32,000 nt of DNA, taken from contig OW818653.1 in the NCBI GenBank assembly GCA_942492995.1, positions 1,976,348 through 2,008,347 on the forward strand, in the 5' to 3' direction. Below the pieces are notes generated by a model. That model was not told the DNA's origin. It saw only the letters and a program-made list of their open reading frames with translations, and did not search any database. Made by a program: the position numbers and the translations under genes. Source of the DNA: an uncultured Erysipelotrichaceae bacterium (GTDB lineage Bacteria > Bacillota_I > Bacilli_A > Erysipelotrichales > Erysipelotrichaceae). The stretch's first letter is position 1. Each line of letters starts with the position of its first letter. Of this stretch, positions 31,975 to 32,000 are shown piece after piece.

Positions 31975-32000
31975 TTGACAGAGATAGGCATGTTTGGTAT
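31975..32000 (+). promoter_or_regulatory. Possible promoter reading out of the right edge of the window
   Basis: TTGACA at 31975-31980 is preceded by an A-rich stretch, and TAT begins 17 nt later at the very end of the window. The -10 element is truncated, so this cannot be confirmed. Confidence 0.25.

Noticed and set aside
1-32000. CRISPR arrays, tRNA/rRNA genes, insertion sequences, prophage or defence-island content
   Set aside because: I found no short direct-repeat/spacer periodicity, no cloverleaf-like or rRNA-like segments in the intergenic gaps (all of which are short), and no transposase, integrase, recombinase, restriction or nuclease-NTPase type ORFs in the six-frame track. This was visual inspection only; tRNAscan-SE, Infernal or a CRISPR finder would be definitive.
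1-32000. Alternative genetic code (UGA = Trp, Mollicutes-like) suggested by the low GC
   Set aside because: All recognisable genes are full-length under the standard code with Trp as TGG. A TGA serves as the apparent stop of the uORF at 13239-13241. No gene appears fragmented at TGA.

Overview
This 32 kb window looks like a chromosomal segment from a low-GC Gram-positive bacterium (Bacillota-like). It uses the standard genetic code, SD sequences are AGGAGG-like, and hand counts give roughly one third G+C. Coding density is high and most genes are housekeeping. I found no transposase, integrase, phage gene, CRISPR array, tRNA or rRNA. All product calls come from motifs I recognised in the supplied translations, because no database search was possible.

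Gene content, left to right:
- Glycine cleavage and lipoylation: lplA, lpd, a tandem glycine riboswitch, then gcvT (cut off at the left edge).
- A small redox protein and a membrane protein: a glutaredoxin-like protein and a CdsA/dolichol-kinase-like membrane protein.
- rRNA/tRNA modification and DNA repair: rlmA-like, exoA, rumA-like, a GNAT acetyltransferase, tag, cca.
- Four tandem GntR/HutC regulators.
- Ion and redox genes: a CNNM/CorC-type protein, an OYE reductase, a CDF transporter.
- Sulfur metabolism: cymR-like, cysK and an ECF S component.
- sodA, a hemolysin-III family protein, an MFS transporter, pepF, and a transglutaminase-like lipoprotein.
- An ankyrin-repeat protein with an EF-G paralog.
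- A pseudouridine-kinase-like PfkB kinase, a yutG-like PgpA protein, a thioredoxin-like lipoprotein, an AAC(3)-family acetyltransferase, ogt, and a GAF/fRMsr-like protein.
- A TPP riboswitch with thiT, then a DUF402 Ntdp-like phosphatase.

Two loci do not look ordinary:
1. At 23980-26984 a self-contained unit runs promoter, 31-codon leader ORF ending in an intrinsic terminator, cytoplasmic ankyrin-repeat protein, then a full-length EF-G paralog. In that paralog the catalytic His of the DxPGH motif is Tyr (DTPGY) and the P-loop is GHSGSGKT.
2. At 8889-11905 four GntR/HutC paralogs sit in an A-B-A-B arrangement, with each B gene translationally coupled to the preceding A gene. No catabolic or transport cargo is adjacent.

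Lesser observations:
- A 30-codon upstream ORF is coupled by an ATGA overlap to the CNNM gene.
- An ECF S component is co-transcribed with cysK.
- An overlapping thioredoxin-lipoprotein/AAC(3)/ogt gene string.
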